DNA of 64,000 nucleotides. Origin: Antedon mediterranea (taxonomy: Eukaryota > Animalia > Echinodermata). This document shows, piece after piece, positions 51,698 through 64,000 of the stretch. Position numbers and translations under genes: made by a program. The stretch's first letter is position 1. Every line of letters starts with the position of its first letter. The notes under the pieces are model-generated. The model saw only the letters and a list, made by a program, of their open reading frames with translations, had not been told where the DNA came from and searched no databases. The stretch lies in assembly GCF_964355755.1 (NCBI RefSeq), contig NC_092675.1:18014912-18078911 (forward strand). Direction: 5' to 3'.

Positions 51698-54600
51698 TTA
51701 TACTAGTCCAAATCCTTGTGCATTCTCTATGGCTGCTAAGAGCTTGTCTCTCATTTTATCTTTGGTTTCATAAACTGGCAAGTCCAAGAGGTTAAAGCAG
51801 GTATGAGCCGCTGGTAATAAATCTGTATTTCCAAATACTGGTTGGATTATCATCTTCAAATGAGACATTCCTTGCACTGGGATCCGATCACTACCTGTGA
51901 GAAATACTAAAACAAAATATAAATGATTACATACATATATATTACTGCAAGTAATAGTTCTGGACAATTGCCAATGGTTGGAAAATAAAATCGTGGGGAA
52001 AAAAAGTGGGGTGGGTGGTGCTAGGGCTACAAAAACTATAGGACAGAGGGCTCTATTTATCTCTGGAATCAGCAGAGCAGGGTATATGGGAATAATTAAA
52101 ACAAAACATTCTACTCATCATCTAGTACCTGTGTATTAAAATAAAAAAAAACATGGTTAGACGTTAAACAACAATGTTGCCTTAATTGTCATTATGGTTT
52201 TTGTATTTTTTTGGTCTAGATTTGGTACTTGTGTCATAGTGAGAATGGTAGTACAATAGCTGGGTACTAAAAAACTTATGATGTCTACATTGGTCCTCTA
52301 CTTGCTAAATCAGCAAAAAAACCATATGATTCTATTTTGCATTTAACAAAACATTAGTTAATTTTTTATCCCAATCTCATTATTATTTATGTTTAATCTA
52401 TAATGCATACCTAAGAATTTTTTCTTCTGTTCAATAGTAAGTTCATGGAAAACTTCCCAGAAAAATTTAATTGTTTCATGATCCTTATAATAAACAGACT
52501 TGTACTCAACAATCTAGAAAAAAAATAAGATTGAAATGCATTGATAAATAAACCCATTGATGTATCAAGTACCTATAGAAGGCATTTGGTGCATTAAACA
52601 AATTTTACTCAATGAATAAACCACTAATGACCTGGAATCAAGTAAATACCTTGGAATGCAATTGATGCATTAAACTTCACACCATTCAATGAATAACAAT
52701 TGATGGAATCATGTATCTATGGAATGCATTTGGTGCATTGAACAACAAATTTTCCTTAATGAATACTATAAACCATTAACTTTACATTTTATTCAATGAA
52801 TTAACAATTGATGGAATCATGCATCTATGGAATGCATTTGGTGCCATTAAGAAACTTTGTAATTAATTATAATTAATTAATTATATGTTAAGCAGTATTT
52901 ACTTACACGTTCCAACTCTTCCCAATCATAGTTCTCATTTCCTATGACCATTGCCATAAGTTCTTGCGGATGGAATAATTGTAATACTGCTCCACCACAA
53001 ACCTGCAGAAACCCATCTGCAAATGCACTGTACTGGTCAGACACAGACGCGTTGAAAACATACTCAATGTATCGATCTACATAATCATGTCTGGAATTTT
53101 AAAATATGCATATATTTTATTTGACTCTGGTGGTTAATATTTAGTTTTAATATTTTTGTAGTAAGCCACAGCTTGAAAAGACAGTTATCAATAGGAACAA
53201 TTTGAAAAACATTTTAATAAATTTTGTTTCTTAAATTAACTTATGTATTAATAGACATGGTCTGGTGGCCACAGAAAGCACATTAAACATGATAAAACTT
53301 ATTCATCCAAGTTGTAATGTAGGAATGGGTAGAAATGTATTGTCATATACAATACAGTATAAAAACCCTCTTCCAGTAGGTATACCTCTGATTCCCCTTC
53401 CCCACCCCCGACACCCCATTTTCCTCCCCACCGTTTTTTTTTTTGTATACAGCCAACTTCTATTTAGGGGCCACTGGGTTCTGAAGGTGTCCCAATAATA
53501 GTGGTTCTACTACTATTAATCTACAGATACTAAAGTTTAATTTACTACTACTTAGGTTCTACTGTATAAAATGGAAAAAAAAGAAAAAAAAAAAAAAAAA
53601 AAGATTTGTGAATTATAGATTATCTGATAAAAATCCTAGGAAGTAGGAAGCCTTTTGCCAATTTTCCCCTGACTTTGTACACATTTTATTCGATTTAATA
53701 AAGTCAACTAATGTCAACAAGTTGTCTGCTGATATCTTACTTGTTATCTTGAGTGACAGTGACATCTTTGCCTCCAGGCATCAGTTCAACAGTTTGCACC
53801 TCTCCAAACACTTCCTCAGATATTTGAAAATCAATATCAAATACATCCTGAAGATCAGGATTCTCATAATCAAGCAACTCCTGTAGGTTGGAGGCTATCG
53901 TTGGGTCGAGCTGTTTTAGGTCATCAAGATTAACTGGTCTAAAAAACAATTTGCAAATGTGCTTATTAAACATTTCACAATATAATTAAGTTGTAGAAAG
54001 TACCAACAACCTGTGTATGATGACATCTCTAAAACAAAAGCCCTATCAATTATGTAAATATTGTGGTTTTAGCCCTTGGGCTACTTTACATTCTTTGATG
54101 AATATTGCAATAAAAAACCAATATATAAAAATCTATAACTAAATCATATTAAGGCCAACTTCTACAAACCACTGCCTCCATTCCCACTCCAACATCACCC
54201 ACTTTACATTGTCAATAGTTTCAATAGGCACTACATTTAAGGAAAATGGAATAGCTAATATTGTCCATTTGTAATCATATTTAAATATAAAGTGGTAAAA
54301 CCACTAACCTCTGAAGAAGTTTCTTGTAAAGAGCTAAGGTGAATGGAAGATCGATAATTGTATGATTATAAATTGCAAGTCCACCAAGAATTCCTACTAA
54401 ATGAAACATCAAACCATCTTCAAACGACTGATGACAAAAAAAAACCATAATTAATAAATAATTAACACATTGGTTTAATAAAGAATAGTATACAATTAAT
54501 TGTTTGAAAGGTTTGCATAGCGAAATCAAATGTTGATATAAAGTTTGCAGTACACCATGTGTATTAGTTTTGAAAAGAACTGTTGAGTTTCTTGACGTTT

Positions 54601-57600
54601 CGATCAATATGCTTTGATTGTTCTCAGGAGTGAGAATGACGACGATCAAAGCATATTGATTGAAACGTCGAGATACGCAACAGTTCTTTTCAGAACTAAT
54701 ACACGTGGTGTACCGCAAACTTTATATCAACAGTATACAATTAACTTGCCAACTATTGTAATTGGAAATTTTGAATGCACTATTGGCTTCAGTAAGTACA
54801 CCTCAATGTCATATTTTGTACTAAAATACCATAGAAAAAACTTCCTAATTTTGTAGGACTTTTAGGTAGGCTTCTTTTTAAGATGGGCTTCTTTTCGAGA
54901 ATACTTTTGCAAACTGCAAATTAATGAGGAGGGCTTCGTTTTGAGATGGGCTTCATTTGAGGTTTAATCAAACTGCTTGCAACTGTTACCTACTTATCCC
55001 CAACCCTTCAATCTAACAATTTAGATACAATGGGCTTCTTTTGAGCTTTAATCAAACTGTTTGCAACTGTTACCTACTTATCCCCAACCCTTCAATCTAA
55101 CAATTTAGATACAATGGGTTTCTTTTGAGGTTTAATCAAACTGTTTGCAACTGTTACCTACTTATCTCCAACCCTTCAATCTAACAATTTAGATACAATT
55201 GTTTTGAAGTATACATAATAATAAAATAAAAATATGTTATGTACAATGATCTGTTGAGTCATGGATTTCATTATCTTTATTTATAGCATATGATGTTGTA
55301 TTGATAAGAGCATGATGCAATATAAAAATAATTACATACAATATTTGTTGACTAACCTTTGAGTTAAACCATATTGTTCTATTATTGTCGTAATATTTGA
55401 ACATTCCATACTTTGGATCAAGAATCTCTTTAAAAATTAAGAGGAAGAACTCCTACATAAAGATACAAAGGTAAAACAGATTATTAGCCTTTTAATTTAA
55501 GTTTTATTTTAGTTTACAATTGTAGGTTTTCTAACAGACAAAAAAGTACTTGTTATCAACCTTAAATCAAGACTAAAAACAAGAAGTGTATTTTGAAGTA
55601 GATTTACTGCTTGTTTATATGGATAAAAGGTTGTTCCCACTACGCACACACTCGCCTATAAACATTTAAACATAGAGGTCTCTTGAGATCTGTTATTGGC
55701 TGCTGGTGCGTAAGCTCTGTCTACACTATCAAACTAGTTTGACAAAAAGTGTAATGTGCCCAAATAGTAGTAACATGACATCATCGTGTCCATATATGGG
55801 CACATCACATTTGTTGTGTAGATTACATGTACTGTACCTTTCGGACACCTCCTGCATCCATAGCTTCCTCTCCCATGAATACAACCCTCAAAGGCTTCTT
55901 CAGGTCTGCCTGGCCTTGCTTTGATAACTGATCTAGCGTGGTGGGTACGATAGCATCGCGTCGAATATAAAGCACCAAACATGGATTCACTGGATCTATG
56001 CTGGGTTGCAACAGACTTTGGAAATTTTGTCTATGTACATTTTCCAATGCAAACTGTTAGTAAACAAAATTAAATATCACTCAAAACATTATTAGCGATG
56101 TTTTTTATCCACCACCTGAACTAGCTATAAACCCTAACCCTATTCTCTAACACACAAGCCATTTCTTAGCCTAGGCCAACTTAACATTATAAAACACAAA
56201 TGTCATCAAAAGTAGGTGTTGTTAAATTAACCTATTGGTTGGACCTGGTACTATTTTAGCTCAATTACACAGAGCAAAGAGGAAAATTAATTAATTAAAC
56301 ATCCTTTGGTACCTTTTTCAAGAGTTTAGATTGTTTTAGTAATGATCAAGTCAAACCTTTTTTCTTATTTCTTTTTACTCATAATCACCTGCATTTGAAG
56401 TGTGGCATCCAGATGTAGTATTATTGTCTTGGCATTTCCATTGAATATGAATGGATAGTTACAATAAGTAAACAATTGGTTCTGTAAAATATATTTAAAA
56501 CATAATAATACACAAAGTAAATAAACAATGTTATTTGTCGGAACATGTGTTGCTATCACAGATTACTATTCCTAAGAGAGTTTTATTTGTACAAACATCC
56601 TCACAATTCAGAAATGAATTCAAACTTCACTTTGAAATGAAGAAAAATCATGACCAAATTCAATAAATCATTAACTTCATGACAAGATACTTTCAGCCAA
56701 AATAAAGTCCAGAAAAACAAAAATGGCGAAAATAAGCACATAGAAAATATTGGCATGGTAGAATGTAGTAGTTAAGCAAATGTCACCTAGTCTCATAACA
56801 CATTTATAGGATAATTTAATAACTAATTTGAAGTAGCTTCATCAGGGAGCTGAAGTAAATGTAGAAAGCATAACATACAATTAAATCAGAAGAAATATCT
56901 GAGCCATTAAGTTTTTAGTAGTGGCATGTGGTAGCATAGTGAATTTGAGCCACTGAGTAGGAATAGGCACATAACAACAAAATCTACACTTACCTCATCT
57001 AACTGTTGACGAAGCCAATTGATGTAGTGTCGACGAAGCAAGTCTTCTTCGGTAATTTCAGGAATGTAAAATAAATAGTAGGGAACTATTTCTCCCATAG
57101 AAACATTCACCTATAAGAATAAAAGTTTAAACAACAGTAAACAATATGACCGGACTACCTAAAAATTATACACCAGTATTTTCATTTTGTCCCAATAGTC
57201 CAACAATTCTTCCAAAATTTCTGGACAACCAGTCAGTACCAAGTTCATTAACATGCACTGTATGAACACAGCACCAATGGCTTAACATCCTATCTGAAGG
57301 ATGAGGCAATGAGAGTAAAGCATCTCGTCTAAAGGATACAATCAATATAGCACAGACAGGCTTGGGTGTCTAGAAAACTCAGATCTCAGATATATCTGAG
57401 TTTTCTAGATCTAAAAAACTCAGATATCTGACTTTTCTAGATCTAGAAAACTTAGATATCTAACTTTTCTAGATCTAGAAAACTCAGATATCTGACTTTT
57501 CTAGATCTAGAAAACTCAGATATCAATATCTGAGTTTGATCATCATATAGAGTATTATTGAAACGGATTACTGTGTACATTTTCTTACTAATATTGTAAC

Positions 57601-60600
57601 ATGTAGAAGCGGCCTACGGCTTAAATCATAAAGAAAATACAGTTCATTTTACCGTTAAAATGAAGGCTTGAAAATTAGGTATGTACGAGTTGGTGTGGGT
57701 ACGAGTTGGTTGAAGTACGAGTTAGCCAAGTTGGGAATAGGTACGAGTTGACCACTTCTAGCCTAGTACCCGGGCCAGGCCTACTATTCGTGATACATCA
57801 TGATAGCGCCCACACGTTGAGCCTTGAATTGAGTTTGCTTAGCTAAGCTTGGCTAGGCCTAAATGCTAAGCCTACATTTTAAAAGGTGTATACAGTACTG
57901 TATTTCTTTATGATTTAACATAGGCCGCTACTACAAGTTACAATAATTATTATTATTAGTAAGAAAACGTATAATACTGTATTATTTCAAACAAGCTACC
58001 CTCTGATGATAATGGAACGATCCATTTGATGATCTGGGTTTTCTAGTTCCAATTTTGAACTAGAAAACTCAGATCTTGATATCTGAGTTTTCTAGATCTA
58101 GAAAACTAAGATATATCTGAGATCTGAGTTTTCTAGACACCCGACAGGCTTGAACCCATGCCTATCACATATTAGTCCGACCTCTTACCATTACTGTATG
58201 CCATATCATTATATATCAAGTTCTATACATCACCAGATATTCCCAGGCGATCTCCAACACAAGTTCTACTAGACCCAAAAGTTGCTGATGAACTTTGGTA
58301 ATCGGACAAAAACCGGTATTTCAATGTGTTGTTGATGTATGTAGACGGAGTTAAAATATTTATGTTGTAATTTTTAGTGTATAGTCAATTGTATATGCTT
58401 TTGGTTACCTTGTGTAGTTTTCCCAGTACTTTCATTGATATCTCTATACTCTGCTCTACCATATCACTTGGATTCTGATGTAGATATACAACTACTTTCT
58501 TGTAGATCGTTAAAATGCGATTTAAATGACGAGGCTGAAATTTCGACCACCAAGAATCTGATAAAAAATAAAATTAAACCAGTAATATATAGACCTGAGC
58601 AAACTGTTTTCCTTTTATATTGCATTATATAATTAACACTATTATTTTGATACTTCACTGAGAATAATTACTATAGTTCTGTTGATTTGTTACTTCATGA
58701 ATATGTGAACTTACCAATAACCTTGGCACCAGCACCAGATAAGTTTATTAGTGAGTGACCAACGCTAAGAATAGAATCAAGGTATAAATCTGGATATTGC
58801 ATTGTTGGACATTCCATTAACACTAAGTAAAGTCTAAGTGCTTCTATATCAGGAGGTGATACTGAAAGTGTTGGACAAAGTTGTGTATGTATTACCTGAG
58901 CAATCTGCAAAAAAAATTGTCACGTAATTATTATACTGCGAAAAAAAATTGGTTTATATTTGGTGGAGAGGAAAATTAACTGGGCTGAATTGCGAACATG
59001 TGTGAACACATACTACAGTAATACTGCCGTCTTGCCTCTCGTGTTAAGGGATGGATCAGTACACATGTGTAAGTTCTCTTCCTAAAGATGCATTAGGTGC
59101 ACACAAGCCAGATGGACTTATCTGAGAAGACTTGTTTCAGAACTAAAGGAGAGCCTTGAACCTTTGCCGATTTTATGGCTATAGTTTGTGGCTTTAACAA
59201 TTGGCCACTTAGGCTAGTCAATCTAGCAAAAAAAACAGCCCAAAGTGAAACAAATTGCAAAATAAAGTCTCTACAGACATTTTAGGCCCATTGTGTATGC
59301 AAACATTGAGAAACGAGGTCGAAGGTCAAATGTTGTACTTCCGTTCATTTTTTAGTAAAATGTTTCATTAAAGTAAATATAAATACTGTATATATATTTG
59401 AAATAAATCAGTGAAAAAATCAACTCTCTCGGACTAGTAGTTTTTGAGTTATGGTAACCCTATAATTTCACCCTAATTTGCATATTTAAGCTAATTTACA
59501 TACCATCGGGATTAGTGAGAGAGGAAAAAAAAAGAGGAAAATCTCTGTTTGCTATTTGTTTCACTCAGAATGATAGATTGATTAGCCTAACTTGACTCAA
59601 ATCTAGTGATTGGCTGGATTGGATCAACGACTAAGTTTCTTTCCTTTATATCATAGACCATGTTATGTGCTAAATAAGGGTGTGCTGAAAATATCGCATT
59701 GCAGATAAAGTATAACATAACGGCTGCTGCAAATTTTGAGGCTTATAACCCCAAGGTATGGGCTTAAGTGAATTCTTCATTTTCTTAAAGCTCTGTCTAC
59801 ACTATCAAACTAGTTTGACAAAATAAAGTGTGATGTGCCCAAATATGGTAGTGATATTCTAAAATATGGTATTGATATGACATCATCATATCCATATGTT
59901 TTTTTGTCACATACAGTGTGATAGTGTAGACAAGGTCATTTAGAGTGACACCACAGTAACACTACAGAATCTATATTCTGCATGGCAGTTATTAGAATTA
60001 AACTATAAAGTATTCTATAACAAAAGAAGAAAAAAGATTTACTTGAGAAAGTATGATATGCTTGTCACTTAATGTTTGTAGTTGCTCTCTTGCTTTGTCA
60101 AGATCAACACCATGATTCTGACGACCACAACAATAGTGACTATCCTCACTTAATGAAAACAAATATACAAATCAAAAAAAGTATAATCAACTGTTGATTG
60201 AAATATTTTAATTATACTGGGTGACCTCGTCAGTCAAAGACTGGTCTCCTAGAGGGCTGTGATGTACTAGTACACCGGGGTAACCCCCTACTCGTCTCGA
60301 AAGATGTACTAGGTTCTTTAAAGTGCACATGAGCTGGTTTATAGTCCTTATCCGAGGAGACTCGTTCTGCCTCGAATCCTTGCCAATTTTATGGCTACGT
60401 AATTACGGTTCCACTGTCTTAACCGCTTGACCGCCCAAAATTTACAATAACAGATGTAGACTGATAAAACTAGCTAAAATATATGTTTTTTATAAATAGT
60501 TTGTCCAGACAGAAGAAGAATAGTTTGACCTCCCTGAGACATAGAGGAATTGTCTTGTGTGCAGGTTCATATTCTGTTGTCATAAAAATGCCACTTTTGT

Positions 60601-62935
60601 CATTCACTAATAATAGATCCGAGTGGGCCTAATAATTTCCCCTGCTGTCCAAAATTAACGATATAGGTTTCCTGCTTGTATGATTTTATCACTGTTATTT
60701 TATTTTGAGTGTCAAATGTGTTAGCGCACTCACTGTAAGCATAAATGTACAACTATTATTTTCAAATTTTCTTTTTCTGTTTGTACGTTTGTTGATATGG
60801 ATGAAATTTTTCCAAAATAAAAGAAATTAAATTATGTGATAGGCCTAGTTACTCTGTTAGAAATGAGTTATTAAGACAACTTTGAGATGAGAAGGTTTCC
60901 TTGATCATCCCATAGATGTCATCCTGGACACGCTCCATACGACCAAGCTCCTCTAGGATGTGTATGAATTTTTCATCTAGTCGATGAACCATACATTCAG
61001 GAGAAGACTCGCGGTGATCTATTGGTTTTAATTTGTCCTGCAACAAAACAAAATTGATATAAGTTTGTTGCATATATAATATATAACTTTTGTCCCATCA
61101 ATAAAGGCATAATAATGCTGTTATTAGGGAGGTTTCGCAACGCTACAAATACGATAACGAAAACGGTTACGTCACACATTTTGTGAAACTTTTGAGCTGA
61201 TCCCCATTTCATATTCGTGAAGCGTATACTATTCGTGTTGACGACTATCATCAGTCATATTCGTAACTACAAAACGAGTATAGTTTTTGATCTATTTATT
61301 TGCACATTTTGCATTTGAATCAGGAATGATTCATGATTATAATATAATTATACTTTTATTGAAAGTAATTTACTAAAATGCCAGGTCAATTTTGATAAAT
61401 AGCAGTTTTTAAAGTCCTCACTCGCTTTGATGTTACGCTAGGCCTAGGCAGCCAAGCACCAAGCTCCAAGCAACACATACCTGCGCTTCGCTCAAATTTA
61501 CCGCAGTCATATTTTTGACGGCACCCTCAATATTTCGTTGCCATGCGAAACAGATTTTTACTGGCTTACAAAAAAAAACGTATCCGTTTTCGTTATAGTA
61601 TTCGTAGCGCTGCGAAACTTCCCTATTATACATAAACTGTAACTCTAGAAATTCAACTATAACTGTATCTTGTACGCAACATATCAGCCATCTTGAAATG
61701 GAAATTTTACATCTCCTTAATATTGTATTTTTTTTAATTGTTCGCTGTTTTACATTTTTCTTTCATATATCATATGTATTGCAGGTGCCATCATGAGACA
61801 AGCTTTTGCTTCTAGTGATTATTATTCAGTTATTCTTAACTGAATAAATGTGGAATGAATGAATGCATATTAACCTAAAACCAAGGTTATAAATTTGATT
61901 AACCATGTGTTTGTGGACCTAGACAGGTCATTGTTTAGAAAAACATTAAATTGAACAAAATAACTAAGGCTCTGTCTACACTATCAAACTTTATGTGACA
62001 ACATATATGGACATGATGATGTCATAGCACGTAACACTTGTCAAACTAGTTTGATAGTATAGACAGAGATTAATAAATCAAAATTACTGTACCTCAGGAT
62101 GAGATGCAACACAAAAGCATTGATTACCCCCACTGTACATATTTCTTATGATCATGCCCTCTCCCTCTTCAACACCCACTGGGGTCTGATTTGGTCCAAA
62201 TGGTACCCATGGACCTTTGACCGTCATTGGGCTGTTGTGTGAAGCCCATGAACCTAGGCCTAGCTGACCATTGTCAGATGAACCAAAAGAGTATATTCTC
62301 CCTGAAGAACATACAAACGCTAAGGTATGCTTCCTACAGGTGAAAAATGTAAAAGCATAAGTGTTATATTTTATAAAACATATAATCATGAAGTATTACA
62401 GTTATTATGGGGACACTTTCAAGATTTACTGTAAGAAAGTCCCCCCCCCCCTTAATAGGGGTGTCCCCTGCGATTTTTTTACATTGAAAAGGGGTTGCTT
62501 GTAGTTTTAAAAAACAAATACTTCCTCTTATTAAAACATATATTTCTTCTCGTTCGTTTCACCATAGTCAATCTATTGACTATGGTTTCAAAAGAAAGTG
62601 TCCCTTTAATTAGAATGAATTGGAAAGAGCAGTTCTACTGTACAAAATATTAAAGGGAACCTTCTACAATTATCAGTGTTGTATCTGTCGGCATAGACTA
62701 ATAACATTTACAAATGAATATTGAACACACACGGTGAAGATATATTTTTGATTGGTCCTGAAAATTTTCTGGATTTTTTTCTTTTGGAGTGCTAGAATAC
62801 AAACCTGCCACATACAACTTGTGTAACAGTGCTCCCCATAAGTTCTATAACCTTCTTTGGGTTGATTTCATCTGTATTTACATTGTGTCCAAGCTGTCCA
62901 TTAGTGCCATCACCAAAGGTAAAAACACCTCCATT
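51698..62935 (-). CDS. HERC4: Conserved HERC3/HERC4-like E3 ubiquitin ligase (copy D), 3' portion; 5' exons lie beyond the window
   Basis: Exons GGVFTFGDGTNGQLGH..ELMGSTVTQVVCG, RKHTLAFV..GRIYSFG, IEALRLYL, FTYCNYPFIF, DLKKPLRVVFMGEEAMDAGGVRK|EFF, FHLVGILGGLAIYN..LYKKLL, and LPAAHTCFNLLDLP..GFGLV*. Confidence 0.88.
54531..54732. mobile_element. Penelope-like inverted terminal repeat remnant with hammerhead-like cores
   Basis: About 88-bp inverted arms. Each arm carries a degenerate CTGANGA..stem..GAAACGTC. Flanked by the direct repeat gtatacaattaa. Confidence 0.55.
54945..55199. repeat. Tandem repeat, about 84-bp unit, three copies
   Basis: tttaatcaaactg.ttgcaactgttacctacttatc.ccaacccttcaatctaacaatttagatacaat x3. 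Confidence 0.85.
57364..58142. mobile_element. Mutator-like MITE nested in a SINE
   Basis: TIRs gggtgtctagaaaactcagatctcagatatatct, exact 9-bp TSD gacaggctt. The host sequence (about 57270-58200) has SINE-like catcctatctgaagga and ggcttgaaccc motifs. Confidence 0.8.
59265..59495. repeat. Dispersed repeat, also tandem at about 62988-63210 and 63332-63555
   Basis: aaagtctctacagacattttag..attgagaaa.g.ggtcga.ggtcaaat..tacttccg..aaatcaactctct shared by three loci. Confidence 0.75.
59789..59935. mobile_element. Harbinger-type MITE family copy
   Basis: agctctgtctacactatcaaac .. gatagtgtagaca, same family as 13632. Confidence 0.7.
60215..60435 (-). mobile_element. Probable SINE (Deu/Nin-like core)
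   Basis: ggttctttaaagtgcaca..gtttatagtccttatccgagga resembles the conserved invertebrate SINE core. tRNA-like end (cttaaccgcttgacc). Confidence 0.45.
61968..62070. mobile_element. Harbinger-type MITE family copy (internally deleted)
   Basis: ggctctgtctacactatcaaac / gtttgatagtatagacagagat, TAA TSD. Confidence 0.75.
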
Positions 62936-64000
62936 CTGTTGGGAAAAAAACAATTTAGATACTAATTTCTTCAATATAAGGCAAAACAAAGTCTCTACAG
63001 ACATTTTAGCTTCATTATATATGCAATATTGAGAAATGGGGTCGAGGGTCAAATTTCATACTTCCGGTCAATTTTTTTTTAAATGTTTCATTGGAGCAAA
63101 TATAATTACGTACATTCTGAATACGGTTGTGAAAAAATCAACTCTCTAGCATTAGTGGTTTCAAGATATAGGACAACTGTAATTTTTCCCGCTTATTTGC
63201 ATATTTTATTTAAATTTTACTAGTAATTTGCATACTTTTGAGGTGTGTGACAAAGGTGTGATTTTGGGAATTACAAAGTGGTCCTATGCTGGCTATTAGG
63301 AACCTATGCCTGGGTCATTTGAGGGCAAAGTAAAGTCTCTACAGACATTTTAGTCACACTGTGTATGCAAACATTGAGAAATGGGGTCGAAGGTCAAATG
63401 TTGTACTTCCGGTCACTTTTTCGTAAAATGTTTCATTAGAGTAAATATAAATATATACATTTTGAATTAATCAGTGAAATCAACTCTCTTGGACTATTAG
63501 TTTTTGAGATATGGTAACCCTGTAATTTCATCCTAATTTGCATATTTAAGCTAATTTGATCAAATTTTGATCTCCTCATTATATAGTAGAGAGGCCAAAT
63601 ACACAAAAGTCCTCTATAAAAAGTTTGGGGGGCATTTTTTGTTAATAGCAGGCAACCATGTTGAATGTATCCTTTGTGGGTGACAAAACCGATAGGGGTG
63701 GATGCCATCTTCAATTTTGAGTTTTAAGGTCAGTTTATGTGGTCAAGAGGTCAAACAAGGTCAATTTATAGAATTTTTATTTTATTCACGGAAAATCATC
63801 TACATCATCAGGTCCATCCAAAAAAAAAGATTTCTGAAGATCAACTGATGTTTCATATTATATATTATATATACTGATGAAAGTAAAGTAATTATGAGAT
63901 AAACATTTTATTTTACACATAAAAACATAGGAAATTAAATATAAAAGTGTCATTTTCTCAAAATGTTGTTTTCACATACTTCTGTAAAGTACACAGTTTT

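Overview
AT-rich, intron-containing animal genomic DNA, probably a marine invertebrate (the abundant TAGGCCTA and the SINE/MITE types suggest an echinoderm, but this is only an inference). The minus strand carries a tandem array of four small-HERC E3 ubiquitin ligase genes (RCC1-like domain plus HECT). Copy D (51698 to >64000) looks like a conserved HERC3/4. Copies C (39341-49508), B (8568-27712) and A (<1-3354) are diverged and have a remodelled RCC1 propeller. A, B and C share a promoter module with two NF-kB-like sites exactly 22 bp apart followed by GAAGAGGGCGCT. In copy B this promoter lies about 7.6 kb from exon 1, separated by a composite insertion (about 28300-35875). That insertion contains a two-exon IFITM/CD225 (dispanin) gene missing from the ORF track, a 130-bp tandem repeat partly derived from that gene's exon 2, and a CpG-rich cluster of unassignable ORFs. 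Introns and intergenic DNA hold many mobile elements: L1/Tx1-like, L2/CR1-like and Rex/Babar-like LINE fragments, Helitron and Helentron-type non-autonomous elements, several MITE classes, SINEs and a Penelope-like inverted repeat. Exon coordinates were read by eye and may be off by a few bases.
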